This document shows, one piece after another, positions 25,832 to 38,542 of a stretch of 64,000 bases of DNA; position 1 is the first letter of the stretch; every line of letters begins with the position of its first letter. Under the pieces are notes generated by a model that saw only the letters and a program-made list of their open reading frames with translations, did not search any database and was not told the DNA's origin. Made by a program: the position numbers and the translations under genes. This stretch comes from Batkoa obscura (taxonomy: Eukaryota). The stretch is taken from positions 124,001 through 188,000 of the forward strand of contig JASVEC010000029.1 in assembly GCA_030770535.1 (NCBI GenBank), written 5' to 3'.

Positions 25832-26686
25832 ATACCATGTTTATCTCAAGGAAAAAAATTTAAAAGAAGTAAGAGTTGGTGATAAAAAAGACTTTGGTCT
25901 GGCCAAAAAAGCGTATATTATCCGTCAAAGAACTGGAGTTTGCATTACCTGTTAAAGTAGGGGGAATTCTGACTTATACATTACAGTATTCCTATATCTT
26001 CTAAATCTTCTAAATTTTATTTAGATATTTTATATATCAATATTATTCAAATTGTTAAACCGTCTTTAATAAACCAAGCCGCCCAATATAGATAAGTAAT
26101 AAAAAAGTAATAAAAAGAATGCACTTTTAATAGAAAAAGGTGATGTTAACTACTTTGATAGCCGAAGTTCAGTCTAAAGTCTGGAGATGGATTAGTTGCT
26201 TAAAACTGCATTTGGCCTTGTGACACACACGATTGAACTCTTTGTAGAAGATCCTTTGCATTTAGTTACTAGGATTTTATATGAAAGGAGGATTTCGTTA
26301 CATTTATAATACAGGATGTTAGTTATAGTGGACTTTTTTTAATAAATTAAAATCGGAAAAAAGTTGAGCCTTAGGTTTGAATTCACCATTTTAAAAAATA
26401 TATAATTTAAATATTTTGAGCTAAAAAATAAATAATATGATAGTTTATAAATCGAAATCTATATAAACTTGGGATTTAAACAAAAATATACTCTTTTTTA
26501 TAAAATTTCTTGTAAAAATATTATCGAATATACATAAAACAAAGTCAATGAAACTATAACAATGCTAAGAAGTGTAATGGGCCCCAATATAAGGTAGCTA
26601 GGTATAAAGTTAAACATAAAATTTGTTTATCTTATATTGTTAACGTTATGTATCACTTCAATCAATACCATGAGAAATACATAAAT

Positions 26687-26784
26687 GGGGATGTATTTTT
26701 GTATTTAAGAATTATACTAACAATTTTTCCACTCAAATAGCGCTTAAAAGATGGAAAAAGTAATGAAGCCAAAAAAACACCCCC
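26687..26784 (+). mobile_element. MITE family A
   Basis: GGGGATGT...ACACCCCC; TSD AAAT/AAAT. Confidence 0.88.
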
Positions 26785-27282
26785 AAATAATTACTTTAGT
26801 GTTGAAAATCCATGTAAGATTATCTATTTATCAAAATAGAATTGTTATGGTAGTTAACATACTTATTGTTATTTGATTGCTCCAAAACTAAACATTGAAT
26901 ATTACCTACTAGTAGCTTAGTTAGAAGGGGTCACTTGAGGTGGCAAGGGAGATTGAGCAGAGTATAAAGACGGCTTATAGGTCCACCAAAGAAAATATTG
27001 CTTTTTATATTTTACACCTTAGATTAACTTAAAGAAATTAAACATCGAAAGTAAGCATCCAATTCATTTGGAAGCTTTATTGAACCGAGTTGCAAATACT
27101 ATACTAGTTCATATAGATACAATAAGGTTTGTTTAAGCGCTCATTACATTAGCAATCATTTACTGTATTTTTCCAACCATAACTTTCCTTTTTTTTCAAG
27201 GAAAATAAGTTGATAATCTGAAGGAGGTAATATAGGGATAGAGGCTATAGCTAGAAAAAACATTAAAAATTTTAGATAATCT

Positions 27283-27380
27283 GGGGATATATTTTTTTAT
27301 TGAAGAATCTTACTAATAGTTGTGCCACTCAAATGGCGCTTAGAAAATGGAAAAAGTGATGAAATTAAAAAAATATTCCC
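27283..27380 (+). mobile_element. MITE family A (nested)
   Basis: Consensus match; flanks ATCT/ATGT. Confidence 0.75.
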
Positions 27381-27447
27381 ATGTACTAATCCAAATATTA
27401 AGTTGATTATTATACGCTAATAAATTTGATAATTTCATCAATTAAAT

Positions 27448-27695
27448 GGGGATGTCCGAATTGATTTCATTTTTTTATTTAATTTTTAAATATTTCTCAA
27501 TAAAGTCTTATACAAGTATATATTTATTTATATATTACAATTTTAATTAATATTAATATATAAGTTACATTAGTGAAACCCTTGGCGATATAGCAATTTC
27601 TATTAAATTTAGTAAAAATTCTGCTAACTTACAATATAGATTATAGTAAAATATTTAAAAATTGAATAAAAAACGAAATCAATTCGGACATCCCC
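27448..27695. mobile_element. 248-bp MITE (family B) with ~48-bp TIRs and the same GGGGATGT ends as family A
   Basis: GGGGATGTCCGAATTGATTTC...GAAATCAATTCGGACATCCCC; TSD AAAT/AAAT. Confidence 0.85.
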
Positions 27696-27880
27696 AAATG
27701 CTGCTATGAAACTGTAGCTTTACTAGTTACATAGCAGCATTTAATTGATGAAGCTATCAAATTTAGAAGCATGTAGCTTCCTACATATACAACCCCTTTT
27801 TTTCAAGAGAAAGCGACTTAAAATTATGAGGAGGCTTATACATGAGAGGGGGGCCTATAATCAGAAAAAGAAAAAGAAAT

Positions 27881-27974
27881 AGTTGTCTTTTTTTTGTTTA
27901 AAATTTTCCTGACATTTTTTCGACTCAATAGCACTTAAAAAATGGAAAAAGCGGTGAAAGTAAAAAAACGCCCC
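27881..27974 (+). mobile_element. MITE family A (degenerate, nested)
   Basis: Internal consensus match; TSD AAAT/AAAT. Confidence 0.65.
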
Positions 27975-28525
27975 AAATATTTTCATCAAAAACGTTGAAG
28001 GAAGCTTATATAAATTGGAACCTATAATAAGAAAAATATGGTAAGTCTGTTAGCTATTTTAAAGGTATGAAACACTAATCTCTATACTGTTAATAGTGTA
28101 AACTAGTTCAAATAAAAAAATTGAAAAAGGAATTTATTGATTGTATATTTAATATTTCGCATTGATTAATGTATATATTGTACCGATGATTTAAATGCAT
28201 GAAAGAAAGTACTGCTTCTACTTTTTTTAAAAAGGGCCTTAAAGCATATGGATTATAATCGATTATTTAATTATATTTATTAATCTTGGACAAGATACTT
28301 TAATAGATTTTGAGCAAACATATAAATCCTCCGCTTATTTGAAAGAATTGAGATGTAATATTGTTCAAGCAGTAAGTGGTGAAATTGGCGATCATAATAA
28401 TATTCTTCAAAACATCGACGTCATTGACCAGATTTCTAACTTTATTTCCTGTTATTTCCTATTTTTAAATAAAATATAGTTATAATTGTTTTAAACTTAA
28501 TAAAAATTGTCACTACTAATTAATC

Positions 28526-28650
28526 TAAACACAGGTTTTCCTGTAACTTGAAGTTGTTACAATCTAAACACAGTTAGTAATTATGACTTATTCTAGTTAC
28601 ATGGCTATGTTTAGATTATGACAACTTTAAGCTATAAAAAAGGCACGTTT
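28526..28650. repeat. imperfect inverted repeat / foldback element
   Basis: TAACTTGAAGTTGTTACAATCTAAACACAG pairs with CTATGTTTAGATTATGACAACTTTAAGCTA. Confidence 0.6.
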
Positions 28651-28711
28651 ATTTTAAATTTGTAGTACATCTAAAAACCATAGAACCCATTGGTATTCAA
28701 AAATTAGATAT

Positions 28712-28805
28712 AAGTATGTTTTTTGGTTTCATTACTTTTTCCATTTTTAAGTGCTATTGAGTCGAAAAAATATTAACAAAATTCTTAAACAAAAAAGATG
28801 CGCCC
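28712..28805 (-). mobile_element. MITE family A (degenerate)
   Basis: Internal consensus match; flanks ATAT/ATGT. Confidence 0.7.
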
Positions 28806-30600
28806 ATGTCTATACTAATTATATAAGAACATTTGTTGCTACTTTATTTTGAAAGTCTAAAATTTTAAATATTAAGCATATATGTTTATTTTATAAATAA
28901 TCTTTAATACATTTCCCACCTTACTTGATACTTTAAAATAGCAATGATGATAGGATACTATATACCGGCTGCTACCAATGCTAGGATTAGTGTACTATCA
29001 TTTTAATATAGTAAAAAAAGTTTAATGTAAAATAAAGATGAAAAGAAATACATGGTTTATAGATTGATTCGCTTTACCTTTCCTAGAAAATCATTGTATA
29101 CCTTCTACTCTACCCACAATAGTTTTTTTAATCTTATTTGGTTTTATACATTAAATAAAAGCATTGTGACTTTAAATTCGGGTATTTGATCATTCTAGTA
29201 AACTATCAATTTTATAATTCGAGTCCAAAAGCTATCACGCTTTTAAATAAAATTTAGTGCTTTTCCCTTACATAAAGGGTTTAATATTGATTTTTTTTAG
29301 CACTAAAATAGCTTAATTGAATATTGGAATAGCATTTTGGGATGATTTTGTTTATTCTGTGTAACATCTAAAATTGCTTTAAATATTCCTTTTTTGATTT
29401 ATCGAAAATTTTGAACTCATATTGTATAAAATGGCCGTTGGAAAGATGGATGATTTTATGAATCTGTGTTATAATGTCTTTAATTTGGAACCGCTTGATA
29501 TAAACCGTAACTTAATTTAAATTAAGAAACATATATATTATCGAAAGTTCTAACTTTAATAAGCTTAATAATGATAAAAGCAGTGGTGTATTGTGTCTTT
29601 CTTTATACCATAATAAAGCTCCAAAGAACCAAACAACATACAAAACAAATCATACTAAATAAGAGATGATAATAAAAATAGTTTACTTGTTTTTGAACTA
29701 TTTACTTTGACTTTATATTCTAAATTATTAGTTTATTATTTATAAAAAATTTACCTTATAGAATACATATATTGATTTGAAGCTCTTCTAGTTTGTATCA
29801 TTTAATCCGCACTTTAGAATATGTAGTGATCTTGGTTAATCTGTGTGGTGTTTACCAATCAATATAATAAAGATAAACTATTTCCGAATCCCTCCATGTA
29901 TAAAGTTGGCAAAACTAAAATATTTCCGAGTCCTTTCGTATATAGCGTTGATAAAAAATAGTGTTATTTTCTAATTAAGTTGGATGACTGCTAGTTGATT
30001 TATTTGAAAAGAAGACATTCATGTAAAATATCACTCCCTACTTTTTCCTACGCCCCAGATTATAAGAAAGGTAAAAGGAATTGAAATTTAAGATTTACAT
30101 TAAATTAAAGATAACCTGGTAAAAATTTAAGAAAATAAAATTATAATGAATAAAGTATACTTTTTTTAAAGAATAAACTTTAAAAATAGTGCGATTTGAT
30201 AGAAAATAAATAGTTTTTATTGATTTGTGTTAAGCACCAAATTAATTAACCATTTTATATAGTATCAATTTAAATAAGTATAAGGTTAAAGAATAAAATA
30301 TGGATGTCAAGAATATGATATTAAAACTCGTTTACTGTTATCTATGAATTATATTGCACAATATCATTTACGAAGGCACCATCGCGTTAAGAGATATAGA
30401 ATTAAATGCTTATTAGTTATATTAATAATTATCATACTGCAAAGCTAACTATATTCAAATACGTATAAAACAAAAAAGGAAACAGCATAGATATAAAATA
30501 TCTATTTTGGATTTCAAACTTAAAAGAGATTATATTTTAATTAATATGACTACATAGCAACCCTTTTAAAAAAACTAAAAAACAAGGATTATTTAAAAGG

Positions 30601-31236
30601 TCAAGCACTTTTTGAGTAATAAGGGTTATACTCATTCAATCCTCTTTGAGGCTGATTTCTAGCTTCTTCCATTTCCATAGTTTGTAACTTCAGTTTCCTT
30701 CTCATCTCCTCAAATTCCTGTGGGAGCCTTTTTTTACCATGCCCTTTCGTTACGATATGAGAATTCAGATGATTCAAAGCCCCATACGATTTGTTACAAC
30801 CTGGGTATATACAAAAATAAAGGCGTTGTACCTCCTCGTATTTTCTTCTTGGTCTAGGCTTTTTGCCCTCCTCCATCGAGAATATTGAATCTACCTCCAT
30901 TTTAAATGGTTGAGAATGGCCTTTTCCAATTTGGAAGTTTCTGTCTATTTCTGAAAAAGGGGGAAGCATCTCACGGTTTATATTATACATCTCCATATTT
31001 GAATTTCTCCTTGATATTCCTGTATACCTGGGGAAAAACTCGGGTAAAGTTTCAGATAAAGATGGGAGCGTCGTGTCAGCTTTGTGAAGTAGCTTTGGGA
31101 TTGGACATACCCTTTCATCTTCATAATTTGGATTATTATCAGGAGAATTTTGAATGGTCGAAGGATGAGGTTGGTATGGATGATAGTGATGGGGCTCTTT
31201 TTTAATAAAACTACCAGAATCGTTTTTGGAATCCAT
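30601..31236 (-). CDS. Con7-type single C2H2 zinc-finger transcription factor, paralog 1 (intronless)
   Basis: KPRPRRKYEEVQRLYFCIYPGCNKSYGALNHLNSHIVTKGHGKKRLPQEF resembles Con7 RPRRRYEEIERMYKC...KAYGTLNHLNAH...HG.KR.PEEF. Confidence 0.85.
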   Translation of the reverse strand: MDSKNDSGSFIKKEPHHYHPYQPHPSTIQNSPDNNPNYEDERVCPIPKLLHKADTTLPSLSETLPEFFPRYTGISRRNSNMEMYNINREMLPPFSEIDRNFQIGKGHSQPFKMEVDSIFSMEEGKKPRPRRKYEEVQRLYFCIYPGCNKSYGALNHLNSHIVTKGHGKKRLPQEFEEMRRKLKLQTMEMEEARNQPQRGLNEYNPYYSKSA

Positions 31237-34028
31237 GATGGAATGTTAAAAAGAGAGAAAACATAAGAAATACTTTTTATTGATTGATTGATGTCCCGTA
31301 TTTTTAGTTCCTTGTTTCAAATTTAAGCATTTATTACTTGAAGTGATGTATTTAAAGTTTATACGCTGTATTACCTAACTTAAATTAAACTTAAGAATTT
31401 TTAATGCTATTCCATAAATAGTGACAAATTAAGCTATTTTGCGTGTTACTCATTTTTAGATTACCTCTTTTTCTAAACTTGACTATTCAATAGTGTTAAA
31501 TTGGAAATATCCAGTTTAGTCCCTCAAAAAACCTATTATTTAGGCAAAAGCTGCCCCAAAGATTTAAACTATAGTGAATAAATAATGTATTGGAACTTAC
31601 ATCATTAAGTCCCTAGTTTTCTAAATATATATTTTTTTGTATTTAAAACAATAAAAATTTTACATTTATATAAACTTTTGTAATCTTATAAACATAAATT
31701 TGGAAGTATAGATTTTATTAGATCCTAATTTTATTTCTATCAAGCTTACATGTATTGGAAACTAATGGTTGAGATTATGGCTTTGTTTAAGTTATATTAG
31801 ATAAAAGCGGTATTGTTAACTTGAATTAATTATATCTCCCAATAATTGTTTTCTGGAGCACTGATAAAAAATTATTATTTAGCTTCTTATAAGTGAGCCG
31901 AGACCTATTAAATAGTTGGGATCTAAAATAAGATAGACTAAGTTTAAAGCTTGAAGAACAAAACAAATAATTCTAATGATTTAGTTTCTAAGTACCAGAG
32001 TATAAACTAATATAAGTCTGTGAAGTACTCTGTGAAATTTTCCGTTTTATTCTATTTTTGAATATTACAAAAGCCTATTTGGAAATGGATGATATTAAAA
32101 TTGTACGTAAATACAGCTAAAAAACAACATTTGAATTATTTCATAAAAATTAAAAAAAGTTCAGGTGATTAATTTTTTTAATTGGGATTTCAATATATTT
32201 GGACAATATATTAAAATTAAAAGGATGAAACAGAATTGTACATAGCAAATTTTAAAAGGAAACATTTGCAGTATCTGTTGTACCAATTATATGTTAATTA
32301 TCTAGTATTCTTCTCACTATCAAGACCCATATGATCGTAAAATGGTGCTTTATCGTGACCCATGTTCTTATCACTATATAAATCATTTTTGGGGTAAAAT
32401 AAAAAAAATAGATTTTTTCTACTTTAGTTTGACAGGGTAGTAAACTGTAAACATTCAACACTAATAAAAAGAATATATAGATTTGTATAAACAAAGTAAG
32501 CTTTTTTGAATTAAAGGTATTAACTAGAATTAAAATGTGACTAAATTTAAAACTAAATAAGTTCTTTGGTAGCTTTTTTAAAGTTAAAGTAGACAGGGTA
32601 TTAATTTATATTTTTCTCAATACCAAATACATTACATTATAAATTAGATTGCATATCATTTGATTGGCCTAATGCATTAATATAACCAATAAAGGCACCA
32701 AACCTAATAGCTAGAATAACAAATGCTATAACGCAATGAAAAAGCTACCCCAAAACCAGACTCCTGAAATAAATTGGAATCTCAAAATATTAGAGGTAGT
32801 AGATTAAACAAAACAACTCTACCTCTAATAGCTGTCTATTAAAATACTAATACATTGAAGCTGCTTTCTGAGATAGACAATTTTGCATAATAAGTAATTC
32901 AGTAGCTTAGTAAAATAGTTGACCATATCTATACTCAACTTACGTTTTTCACATGCCATAGAATAAACAGAACTATCTAACAACATGGAGTTAATAGCGA
33001 AATAAGCAAGTTCTAATTTTTGTTTTTTATGGTGCTATGCTCATTTTAAGGATTAATTTAAAAGGATTGAAGTATGGATACATGTAATTACCAAGCATTG
33101 TTATTGGAATGTTAGTCAGCCTTAAATATTTGATGGAATTGATTCATACCTCGCTTAAAGCCGAAGTATACTTACCAAATATTATATTAAAATATTCTTT
33201 TTACCAAGCCTGTATAATTAAAAATGTCTAAAAAATGGGTTATAGTTTGGTTTAAGTAATTATAATGACCTAATATGCAATAATCTCGAGCATTTTTTGG
33301 CCATTCAAAAAAGTGAATATTCCAAATAGAGAGAATTTTATAGCTCATACTTATTTAACACAACAAGTACAATCCATTTGAAGATAATCGAGGAATTTAT
33401 TTCCATGGCCTACATCAAGCAGAATAGAATTGGTCTAGTTTTAAAGTCGCACTGATTTAATAAAGCTATTAAGGTTAAATATTCAATCTGGCTTCATAAC
33501 AAAGCAGGCTTTTAAAGAACTATACATAAGGATAAATCTTGTTACAAATTTAAAAGCCACTACACCTTTATTGTTTATTTTAGCAACTTTAACTTTATAT
33601 ATAAAGAACATCTTTACGCTACTTGTGAGTCTAAAACTCTGTTGCGCATTTTATTGCTAAAAAAAACTAGTTACTTCTATAATTATTCGCACCATATATT
33701 TGTCTAGCCTAAATTTTGTTTGAAGTTGATTAACTGATGAAAAATATGTTCATTATAGCTTCATAAAAATTTTGCTTAAGGGGATGGGAATTATACAGAG
33801 TGGTAGTAAAATTGGTTATTGCCGCATTTAAAAGTATGTTAGGAAATTTCGAACAAAGGTTCAATAAAATTGATCCATTTGCCAGTTTAAGAAATCTTCC
33901 TAAATCTATAATAACTTCTAATAAATGGAAGCTTGTATAAATTTATTTATTTGTGCTATTTATAACAGCGAAATAGACTAATGTAGACAAACCAACATCC
34001 CCTTAATTTGGAAATAAATCCTTTATTT

Positions 34029-34127
34029 GGGGGTGTTTTTTTTGGTTTCATTATTTTTTCCATTTTTTAAGCGTTATTTGAGTGGAGAGATTGTTAGTAA
34101 AATCCTTAAATAAAAAAATATATCCCC
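34029..34127 (-). mobile_element. MITE family A
   Basis: TSD ATTT/ATTT. Confidence 0.88.
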
Positions 34128-34564
34128 ATTTGCAAGAATTCAGTTTTTTATCTGTTAAATGTTTACTTTTAGGCTATTTTTCAAGTTTTTTTAGAATTAG
34201 CGTTCTTCCCTTTAAAAAAATACAGCTTTACAATTTTAAATTAGTCAAGCTAAAGTTTAGCACTAAAAAGATCGAGCTATGTTTTTTTGTAAGCTATTTT
34301 TCAATAGAAACTAAGGATAAAAAGCTTTAGCTTCAAAAATAGTAAATCATTTAAAATTCAGGCTTCTTTTTTGCTTAACTACTGTGCTAATTTTAATAAA
34401 TTGTTAAAAGCACAATCTTACTTTTGCTTAATTGTCGCTATGACGTGTATAAAGGTGTTGGGCCTAAATTAAGCCAAAGAATGAATAATTTTTACAATAA
34501 ATTGTAGATTTGATTTTCATGAAATCTAATTCAAATTTTGGCTATTTAATATTTAATAATACAC

Positions 34565-34841
34565 GGTGATATTTTTTACCAATTGTCTTTTTTATTTTTT
34601 AAAATTTAGAAATTAATTAACTAGTACGCTATTCAAGCTTGGATGTGTGCTAGCTAACTGTTCATTTTAAAATAAAAATTAAATCAATAAACTTCAAATC
34701 AGTATGACAGAGCAAATATTTGGTTATAAAATGAGTAGTTAGCTAGCGCACATTCGAACTTAAATAAGTGCATTAATTAATTTCTAACTTTAAAAAAGAG
34801 CAAAAAAGAGCAAAAAAGAGCAATAGATAAAAAGCATCCCC
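34565..34841. mobile_element. ~277-bp foldback MITE (family C) with long degenerate TIRs ending GCATCCCC
   Basis: TAGAAATTAATTAA...TGTGTGCTAGCTAACTGTTCATTTTA pairs with TAAAATGAGTAGTTAGCTAGCGCACA...TTAATTAATTTCTA; partial relative near 44560-44610. Confidence 0.6.
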
Positions 34842-34846
34842 ATATA

Positions 34847-34944
34847 AAAGGATATTTTTTTGGCTTCATTACTTTTTCCATTTTTAAGCGCTATTTGAGT
34901 AGAAAGGTTGTTAGTAAAATTCTTAAACAAAAAAATACATCCCC
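34847..34944 (-). mobile_element. MITE family A, abutting family C
   Basis: Consensus match; ATAT flanks. Confidence 0.8.
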
Positions 34945-35848
34945 ATATAATAAAACATTGTAGATTAATAAATAATTTTACTAATGAAATAAAGTTAAAA
35001 AAATCTTTTGTACATTTTAAACTTTTTATAAATCTTGATTAACCCAGAGACTCTCAGGTGTTTTATTACTCTTGTTTTTGATGAAGATAGCAACAGAAGC
35101 TAATCAGTGTAAGGGCAACGAAAGAATAAAAGATAAGGCTTAGTGCGGTAAAATATGAATTGTATAATTACCGAAAGGTACTGTAGTTTAAGAGTTACTG
35201 CTCCTAAACGGATTTAGTTCAAAATAGCTAATCTATGTTCAGCTTTGTACCATTTTAAACTAAATAAACATAAAATTATGTAAAACATAACGAAGCAGTA
35301 AACTTTTTATTTTTTATTTTTTATTTTTGTTTTTTTCTATTAAATATGTAATAATTTAATTTAATTTAATTTAATTTAATTTAATTTATTAGTTATACAA
35401 ATTAATCATAAATTTTGCACTTTAAATAAAACTTAAAGCTATAATTATTTTTTTACAAGCTAATTTATTATGAGAAGATATTTATTTTGTTTATTATACA
35501 TTTAATATTTAACTTTTTTCTTAACTTCAATGCTTTCATTTTATTGGATATTTATTATTTTAGATTATTTTTATCAATATTTAACCATTTTAACCAACTA
35601 AAGTATGTAATAATCCTAACTCAGAATCTACAATATCATTTAATCTATTTTATTTTAATTTGTCAGATGAAAATATTTAAATATAGTCATGGATAAAAGC
35701 GAGTCTGTTACAGCCAACTTTGAAAATTTATAAGTTACATCATTGGCATTTAATCAGCATACATTGCTTAAAAATAAGGCTCTATATATCCAGAATATCG
35801 AATATGATTTTTTTTAGAATATTAAAAACCACAAAAGGTATTTTATAT

Positions 35849-35945
35849 GAGGATGTTCTTTTGGCTTCATCACTTTTTCCATTTTTTAAGCGCTATTTAA
35901 GCGGAAAGATTATTAGTAGAATTCCTAAACAAAAAATACATCACC
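35849..35945 (-). mobile_element. MITE family A
   Basis: GAGGATGT...ACATCACC; TSD ATAT/ATAT. Confidence 0.85.
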
Positions 35946-37071
35946 ATATAGACTTACTTTTGCCCATTGCTATATTTAATACTTTGCGCATTATTTAAGT
36001 TTAAAATTTAAAAAATTAGCAAAATTCTTAAACAAAAAACATATCCAAAAATTGTTCTTTTCAAAGTTTTGAAAAATCTTTGAAAAAAGTTACTTTAGAA
36101 ATAAACTCATAATCGAGCTTTAAAACTTTATTATTTTATAAATTTTGTTAATCTTTATAACTTATGATTGTAATGAATAAATAGTAAAATCTGTTTGTAT
36201 TTACTCTCTCAAAGACTAGGGATATGTAACAGATCCTTTTGCCTTACACCTTGAATGGCTAACACTTTAGAGCAATAAACACCTTGGTTTACCAACCATT
36301 TGTCAACAATAACCAAAGCTATGGATCCCCTATTGAACAGCATGAGTACCTTTGGTCATCTTTAATACTTATTAGATTTATCAAATACTTGGTTGTAAAG
36401 GCTGGAGATTTTCTGCATGAAAAAAGTGAAATAAAACTATTATCTTATTAAACTTTAATATATAATATCAGCGATATTTAATTTGACAAAAATCAGATTT
36501 TTATACTAAATATCAATAAAATCAACTTATACTCTATCTTAATTGATTTGATTTAACGTAAATTCAGGGTTTATTGCTGAATTTATTCCAATACTTATCT
36601 AATGCAGTTTGTTATTACTTACCATATATAAACACCTTACAACGATATCGCTACCACTGCATTATAAATTCGAAAGCTGCTACTATGTCTTCAATTTTAT
36701 ACTTTATAAAAACTAAAGCACAAACTAAAAAACATAGATTGTATTTGAAACAGCCTTAATTTATAGATCTTATTTAAATATAGTAAAACTGATTGTAGCA
36801 AATTACCGTAAATATCAGGATGTAACGCAACATAAAAAAGTAAGCCCTTCATATAACCTATAATTGTAGAGCCTTTTAAATAAAAAATAAAAAAATAAAA
36901 AATAAAAAATGATATTTTTAATTAACACGCATACCTGTATGTAATGCCAGTATATAAAATGCATCAATTTACCTTCAAACAAAAGCTGATAGATCATTTA
37001 TAAAAATTAAAAGTAAATTTTATTACGGAGACACCTCTAATATTGTTAGGGCTTCATGATGGGATTTTAAA

Positions 37072-37648
37072 TCAAGCAAAATTCTTGTATGCATAGAAAA
37101 GGATAGCAACGATAACTGGGATAAGAAGAGGGATAATACTAAAAATAGATTTATTTAGTTTAGTTTTTGAATAAAGTGTATGTTAACACAGTATGCACCT
37201 TTTTACAATAAAAACAATATTTATAAATCAATATAAAAAACTTACTTTGATCCTCCTGTTGAGTGTTGAGCAGCTGATTTGACTTGTTCTTTTGCTTCAG
37301 ATTTTACTGGCTATAAAAATTAATTTAAATTCTCGATAAAATAATTATATTTACTTCTGAATCTGGATCAATAGTTCCAACTTTATAGCTTTCAAGGAGT
37401 TTATCAGCAGATTCGGAATGACCAATATCTAAATAAGCTTCAGTGGCGTCTTGACCGCCAAGCTCAAGGAGAACTTCTTCACCTCCTGGATGCTAAAAAT
37501 ATAAATCAAAGTGAAAAAAATTAAATAAAATAAAATTTACTTCTTGAATAAACTTGGTAACATCATAAACATTTCCATTCACAATAAGGTAAAGATCTGA
37601 GTCAGATGAGTGGGCGCTAACCTCTTGTTTAGTAAAGACTTTAGACAT
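37072..37648 (-). CDS. CYB5: cytochrome b5 with C-terminal membrane anchor; 4 exons; absent from the ORF track
   Basis: MSKVFTKQEVSAH...VYDVTKFIQE|HPGGEEVLLELGGQDATEAYLDIGHS...|...|IIPLLIPVIVAILFYAYKNFA*. Confidence 0.93.
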
Positions 37649-38443
37649 TGTATTTAACTATAGATTTAAACAATGAAGATTGATTAAAGATCAAAGATTA
37701 GATCAATTCCCGCACCTTTTTATTTAGTCTTGGAGTTTATCCTTTATTACTAATGATTGGTTTACTCGCAGATTGGATTCGCTTAAACAATAGGCTAATT
37801 CTCAAATTTTTCATTTTTATCCAATCATTTAGACTCTACGGTAATTAGTTTGGTAGGGTAAAATACAATGATAGTTTAAGCGTAGAGAAGGTGGATAAAT
37901 GGGCTCGTTTATCAAGGCTTTGTGATATATACAGAGTGATTTGGTAATTTTCCCAATAAAAACTATAGATAATGTGTTTTAAGACCAATAATCTAAGATT
38001 TAATAAAATAAATCAAATTAATGGCTATTCGAAAATGCGTTTATCTTAACAGATACATGCGTGGATGTCTTTTTGTTTCAATTTTGTCCATTTCTGTGTA
38101 ATATAAAATAACATAGTTATTGAGCTTCCAGTATTCTTTTCAAAACAGATTCATACAATATTCCCATGGTTCATGGTAATTTTGAACAACTTTCTCCGCA
38201 CTAATCTTATCAATACAATAAAACTTCTTCATACTATTGTTGAGCATATAACTGGTATAATTTTAACTATCACAGGTGTACATGGGTTTATATGAAAGCT
38301 TTTGAAAAGCTATAATAGTAAATAAATAGAAGTAGAAAAGTAAATAAAAAACTCTAATTGATTTATAATAGACTAATGATATTTTTGTAATCTACTTTTA
38401 TTAAAAATATAAAATAAAAACTTTATCTATAACAAAACAACAT

Positions 38444-38542
38444 GGGGATGTTTTTTTTGGTTTCATTATTTTTTCCATTTTTTAAGCGCTATTTGAGCGG
38501 AAAAATTGTTAGTGAAATTCTTAAACAAAAAAATACATCCTC
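38444..38542 (-). mobile_element. MITE family A
   Basis: GGGGATGT...ACATCCTC; TSD ACAT/ACAT. Confidence 0.88.

Larger units (their letters stand above)
27163..28041. mobile_element. degenerate non-autonomous Tc1/mariner-pogo (Tc2-like) element hosting nested MITEs
   Basis: TA|CTGTATTTTTC ... GAAAAATATGG|TA imperfect TIR with TA flanks; internal repeated unit (27181-27260 resembles 27791-27870); interrupts the hydrolase relic. Confidence 0.5.
26616..28455 (+). pseudogene. heavily decayed paralog of the same hydrolase, split by transposon insertions
   Basis: Remnants: IKFVYLILLTLCITS (start codon ATG>ATA), PKLNIEYYLLVA*, ILHLRLT*, KHPIHLEALLN, then after 28042 MDYN...QDTLIDFEQT...VQAVSGEIGDHNNILQNIDVIDQISNFI, colinear with 10..435 and 24494..25483. 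Confidence 0.7.

Noticed and set aside
32600..33900. Possible decayed membrane-protein gene on the minus strand
   Set aside because: Only short hydrophobic stretches broken by stops; no family recognisable.
34082..35998. ORFs 34082..34330, 35487..35696 and 35720..35998
   Set aside because: Two overlap MITE copies, all have non-ATG starts, and their composition is AT-rich F/I/L/K noise.
36200..36420. GC-richer patch resembling a trypsin or ribosomal-protein fragment
   Set aside because: The frames I read contain stops and the motifs are too weak to assign by eye.
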